64,000 nt of DNA, from positions 8,246,001 to 8,310,000 of the forward strand of contig OX597823.1 in assembly GCA_951406725.2 (NCBI GenBank), in the 5' to 3' direction. The notes under the pieces are model-generated. The model ran no database searches, was not told where the DNA came from, and saw only the letters and a list, made by a program, of their open reading frames with translations. Source of the DNA: Octopus vulgaris. Taxonomy: Eukaryota. Made by a program: the position numbers and the translations under genes. Each line of letters starts with the position of its first letter. Position 1 is the stretch's first letter. Positions 55,730 to 64,000 of the stretch are shown here, in pieces.

Positions 55730-56780
55730 AGGCACTCCAGAGATGTGAGCGAATCTCCATGAGGATATTTTCCTTTAGCCCCGGCTGCTCACCTGCACCT
55801 CTTGCTCCTGTTCCTACTCCACCTGCTTCTCCTGCTTCAACTCCTCTTGCTGTTACTCTCCCTCCTTCTCCGGTTCCTACTCCTACTCCTCTTGCTCTTA
55901 CTCCTTCTGCTCTTGCTTCTCCTCCTCTTACTCCTTCTTCTTTTTTCCTGCTATTCCTCCTCTTCTTTTTCCACCTCTTCCTTCCCCTCGTCCTCCTTCC
56001 CTTCGTCCTCCTTCCCTTCGTCCTCCTTCCCCTCGTCCTCCTTCCCCTCCTTCTCATTCATCTCCTCCTTTTCCTTCTCCTCTTCTCCTACGCTTCCCTT
56101 CCCTTCCTCCTCTCTCCTCCCCCATGGTCTTTACTCCAGGGGCTTGCTGCTACCGTCGCTCTTCTTTTGTCTTCCACTATCGTCTTTTAGCTTTTCCTTA
56201 AGTGACCTTAACTAGCTATGTCAACTGGATCTTCTGCTTTGTATAACCAATCTGATTCACTTCATCTCCATCCCATCATTAGGGCATATCTAAGAGGTAA
56301 TTCTGCAGACTTGGGACGATCCTCAGGAATATAGAAGTTCACGGAGATCCCACATATTGTTGCAGCTCATCTCTGCTCACACCATTTGCTTGTACTGTGA
56401 TGCAAAGGAGACGTTGAGCGAAGGGCCAACTCAACTATATTTCTGCTTGTAACCCACGCATTACTTTTAACCATGCACTTCACTAAGAACCTCAGGACAG
56501 ATGTGAAGCACATAAATTCTGCTTATTTCTGCGCCTCACGCATGGCTTTAAACTTAGATACACGCTTCTATGCCCTGAGAATACATTTTGTCACATACTG
56601 GTCAAAGAGAATTGGCCTTTCTCTAATTTCTCTTTCTACGGCAAGTACATACTTTTGATTTTAGCCACAACACAGAAGCAAGACATTTTCTCTCCTCAGC
56701 TTCCTTGTCAGATGGCATATTCTTTCTGATTTCTATTTGCATATGATCCACAACGGGAGCAAATGCTGGGTTATTGTTAG
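55730..56780 (-). pseudogene. Old ORF1/gag-like relic with a low-complexity purine-rich C-terminal region
   Basis: KEAEERK, SVYL/KFKAMREAQK, KCMVK/VMRGLQAEI and VNFYIPEDRP collinear with the 1807 ORF; frameshifted. Confidence 0.33.
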
Positions 56781-59084
56781 TGCTGTCACTAATGTTTTTA
56801 CTGCTTCTCTCATTTAAGTTCGACTTTTTAATATTATTTTTGTGCATTTTAAAATTGGAAAATAAACGTTGTGCTTGTAAGTTTGTCAGTTTCTTTAGTT
56901 TTATCGTTTGTCAGCTTATTTTTATATATATTTTCTGTTGGAAAAATGTTGATGCTGGTTAAGCTTTACCGTCGTTGCTATCACCACAAGGCACTTATTA
57001 TTTCTTTCTACTTGGACTATTTTTGCAATGCGAACCAAATTAAAAGTAGTTATCTTCCAGTTGATATAGTCACAGTGAAAAATTTCAAAGCATTTTCTAG
57101 GCAAAGGGAATAGGCTAAAAATTAAATAACCCATCAAAGTTTTACTTGCCATTAGTCCATAATGAAAAAGAAAAAAAAATTAATACCAATTTAATATAAC
57201 AAAATCCATTTCCGGTTTTCTTGCACTTTTTTCTATTTTCAGAGAAATTACTATAATTTGAAGCAGATTAGAAGTAATGACTAGAATCGAAAAGATAATG
57301 GACATGTTAATGGCTAAGAAATTATGAAAGTACGTGTATAGCCGTAGAATGTTATGTTGTTGAAAATGGTTATGTCTGGAATTACACAGTCTATGCCCCA
57401 TGTGGTATAATGCTAGAAATTTTTTCGTTGTCTGGCTGCTTATGGTACACTGTAGAACATTAGTCATTTCCTATTTTAATGTTCAGATCAATGTAGCTCT
57501 GAAGTAAGCTGTTATAGCCGTGACCATATCGTCTTTTGTTTTAACATATTGCCTGTACATTTATATTATCTAATATTTCTTTCCCATTTAAAATTTCTTT
57601 TGGATTTAATCTTAGAAATGTCTTCTATTTCTAGCAGGACGAGCGACCAGGTAAAGGCTCCCCCAATAGTTCTTAAAAACAAAACATAGCTTAGTTTAAC
57701 CCTATGGACCACACCAAATGTAACATGTTTAATTATACTAACTATACAAGCCAAAAAAATCATTCGTAACTATTTTTCTATATGAGAAAAGATCTATGTC
57801 AACTGATAAGATTGACTATATATGCTGATCAAGTAAAGTACACCGAAGTATTTGCAAAATTGTTCCCTGACTTCAAACGAGATTTCATCTCCCTTAGTAC
57901 GTAAATTAACTTGTCAAAGGAGAATTTCAATTAATTAAGATTGTTTGCGCATGGTATTCAATACCTTAGCTTTTAACCTAATTATCTAAACTCATGCTAT
58001 TGGTCGATTTAAGTTATTCCCATTGGCTTATTTTATTATTAATTAGTCCGTAATGTCTAGAGATGTTTGTATTAAAATAATGTACTTATTGCTTTTTTTC
58101 TCCCATATAACTGTGCTACCTATTTTTATTATTGGTAATCTTTCGTAGATTCTACAAGAGTGATGTCGATAGCCAAATCGGTAAAGAGAAGTATTATATA
58201 GGGTCTTTCTTTTTTACAGTTCATATCTCTTTAGGACTGACTTAACTTTTCATCCAACTTGTAAAGTACACTATAAGCGTTTTTCACCATTTTCTAAAAT
58301 GTATCGTATTGTACCTCTACACAAGAAATCGTTATTTCACCCAATCTATTCTTTTGGGAATGTATAGGAAGGAAAATATGTTATTTCTTCTATGATAATA
58401 GGTGTTTCAGCTTTGATAAAAAATCTTTATGTAGATTAAAGACTACATTATCCCATACATATTTCCTTTTAAGGCGGTAGGACAGCGGAGTGTCATTTTT
58501 GGAAATTCGGCTGCTATACTTAGCAGGTCGAGTGACCGTATACGGGCTCCATATTTGTGAACTGAATTCTGTTAAATATTACTTTGATGTTACTGCACTC
58601 AACTAAGAAATTTTTGTTCGAGTGACAGAGTTAATTAAATTTTAAATGTCCCATAGTTGTGCATTTACTAAAATAACTGAACACATAACAGCTGATAGTT
58701 AAGTTTATTTAATTGTACTGTATATGCAAATCCGTATAATCCATCTGCTAAAGCCTTTGGCATCAGTGAGTTACAAAAAATGACGCCGTGGACTATTAAA
58801 AAGGTTATTCGGCTGCTGGTAAAATCCTAACAGACTTTTTTTTCTGATCTCGAAAATACGAGCGACTCCAAAGTAATAAAAGACAAAAGTTGATTAACTC
58901 AAACCGTAAAAAACCAGAAGAAATGCAGCAGAACTTTTTGTCCGACGCTCTAACACGTAACCGCGTCTCATCACCTTTCCACCTGGAGATCCAGACCGAA
59001 TCAAACTCTAAACAGTTTGACTGATTCGTCTGCCCAACTACTTGGTAAAATTATTAATTATTAACTGATTAATTAATTTTACCC

Positions 59085-59544
<460 letters not shown>

Positions 59545-59573
59545 TATTATTATAATTATTATTATTATTATTA

Positions 59574-59621
<48 letters not shown>

Positions 59622-59631
59622 GTTGTTGTTG

Positions 59632-63339
<3,708 letters not shown>

Positions 63340-64000
63340 TTACGTGTGGTAAATACAAATAAGTATACTTCACAAGACGTTCTTGCTTGTGATGTACAAG
63401 TTTTCATTTGTAGCAAGTCTCTGCTATACAAAATACATTTTAATATTTTAAATATTAACTGCTATGGCAACCTATTTTAATGACAGTTCTTTGACTGTTG
63501 GTTGGATGAAAACAAAACAAAAGAAAACAAAAGATTCCACTATCTTCGTAATCGCCGTCAAGTCTGCTTCGTGATGTCGGTTAAAGTATTGTAATCCATA
63601 ACAGTGGAAGCGAAGTCAATTGAAATAGCCAAGTGCAATGAATAAGTCGTGAAAATGAGAAATCGACACCATATTATGGTTGTTTCTACAGAGATAATTT
63701 CATGCTGAGATAAATTCATCTTGTCTTGGAGTGCAGCCAGTTCAGTTGTCAATTCCATCCAAATTTATTAACAGAAAAATGTTATGAATTCAAGGAGTAC
63801 AACGTTACCGGAAATACTACTTTTGACCGAATAAAAGCGTCTGGCTTGTAAATATTAGAATTTGATAGATGTTTGTACAATGATGAGAGTTCAATAATGT
63901 TGCCATATTTTTCCTTACTGTATTATGAGAAATATAACAGTTCCACCGTCTGCAGTTCTATTTTATACAAAATTTTATCTGTTTATGACGTATAACATTG

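Overview
AT-rich, microsatellite-dense eukaryotic DNA with no recognisable host exon, rRNA or true tRNA gene. The tRNA-derived SINE families and the (TA)n/(TCTA)n/(AAT)n load point to an octopus/coleoid cephalopod intron or intergenic region (inference). Identifiable content is almost all transposon-derived: about 17 clear SINE copies in 5 families, 6 non-autonomous Helitrons, 2 mariner relics, Tc1-like relics, a 5'-truncated R4/Dong LINE plus a second Dong fragment inside (TAA)n, Tx1-LINE ORF2 relics, a Gypsy integrase relic, Penelope-like fragments with hammerhead-like cores, and a GG-terminal MITE carrying (CCCTAA)n. Best candidate for something new: a young 2.0-kb element (1282-3290) encoding only an ORF1-like RRM/CCHC protein with no RT. 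It sits with a 14-bp TSD inside a tRNA-SINE head, and two older relics of a similar type occur in the window. Other notable items: a ~320-bp ~95%-identical inverted repeat, a SINE family present as 1x/2x/3x body multimers with a fixed palindromic junction, a terminally redundant non-coding element with a hammerhead-like motif, and a minisatellite made of splice-donor-like words. All family assignments were made by eye, without database searches.
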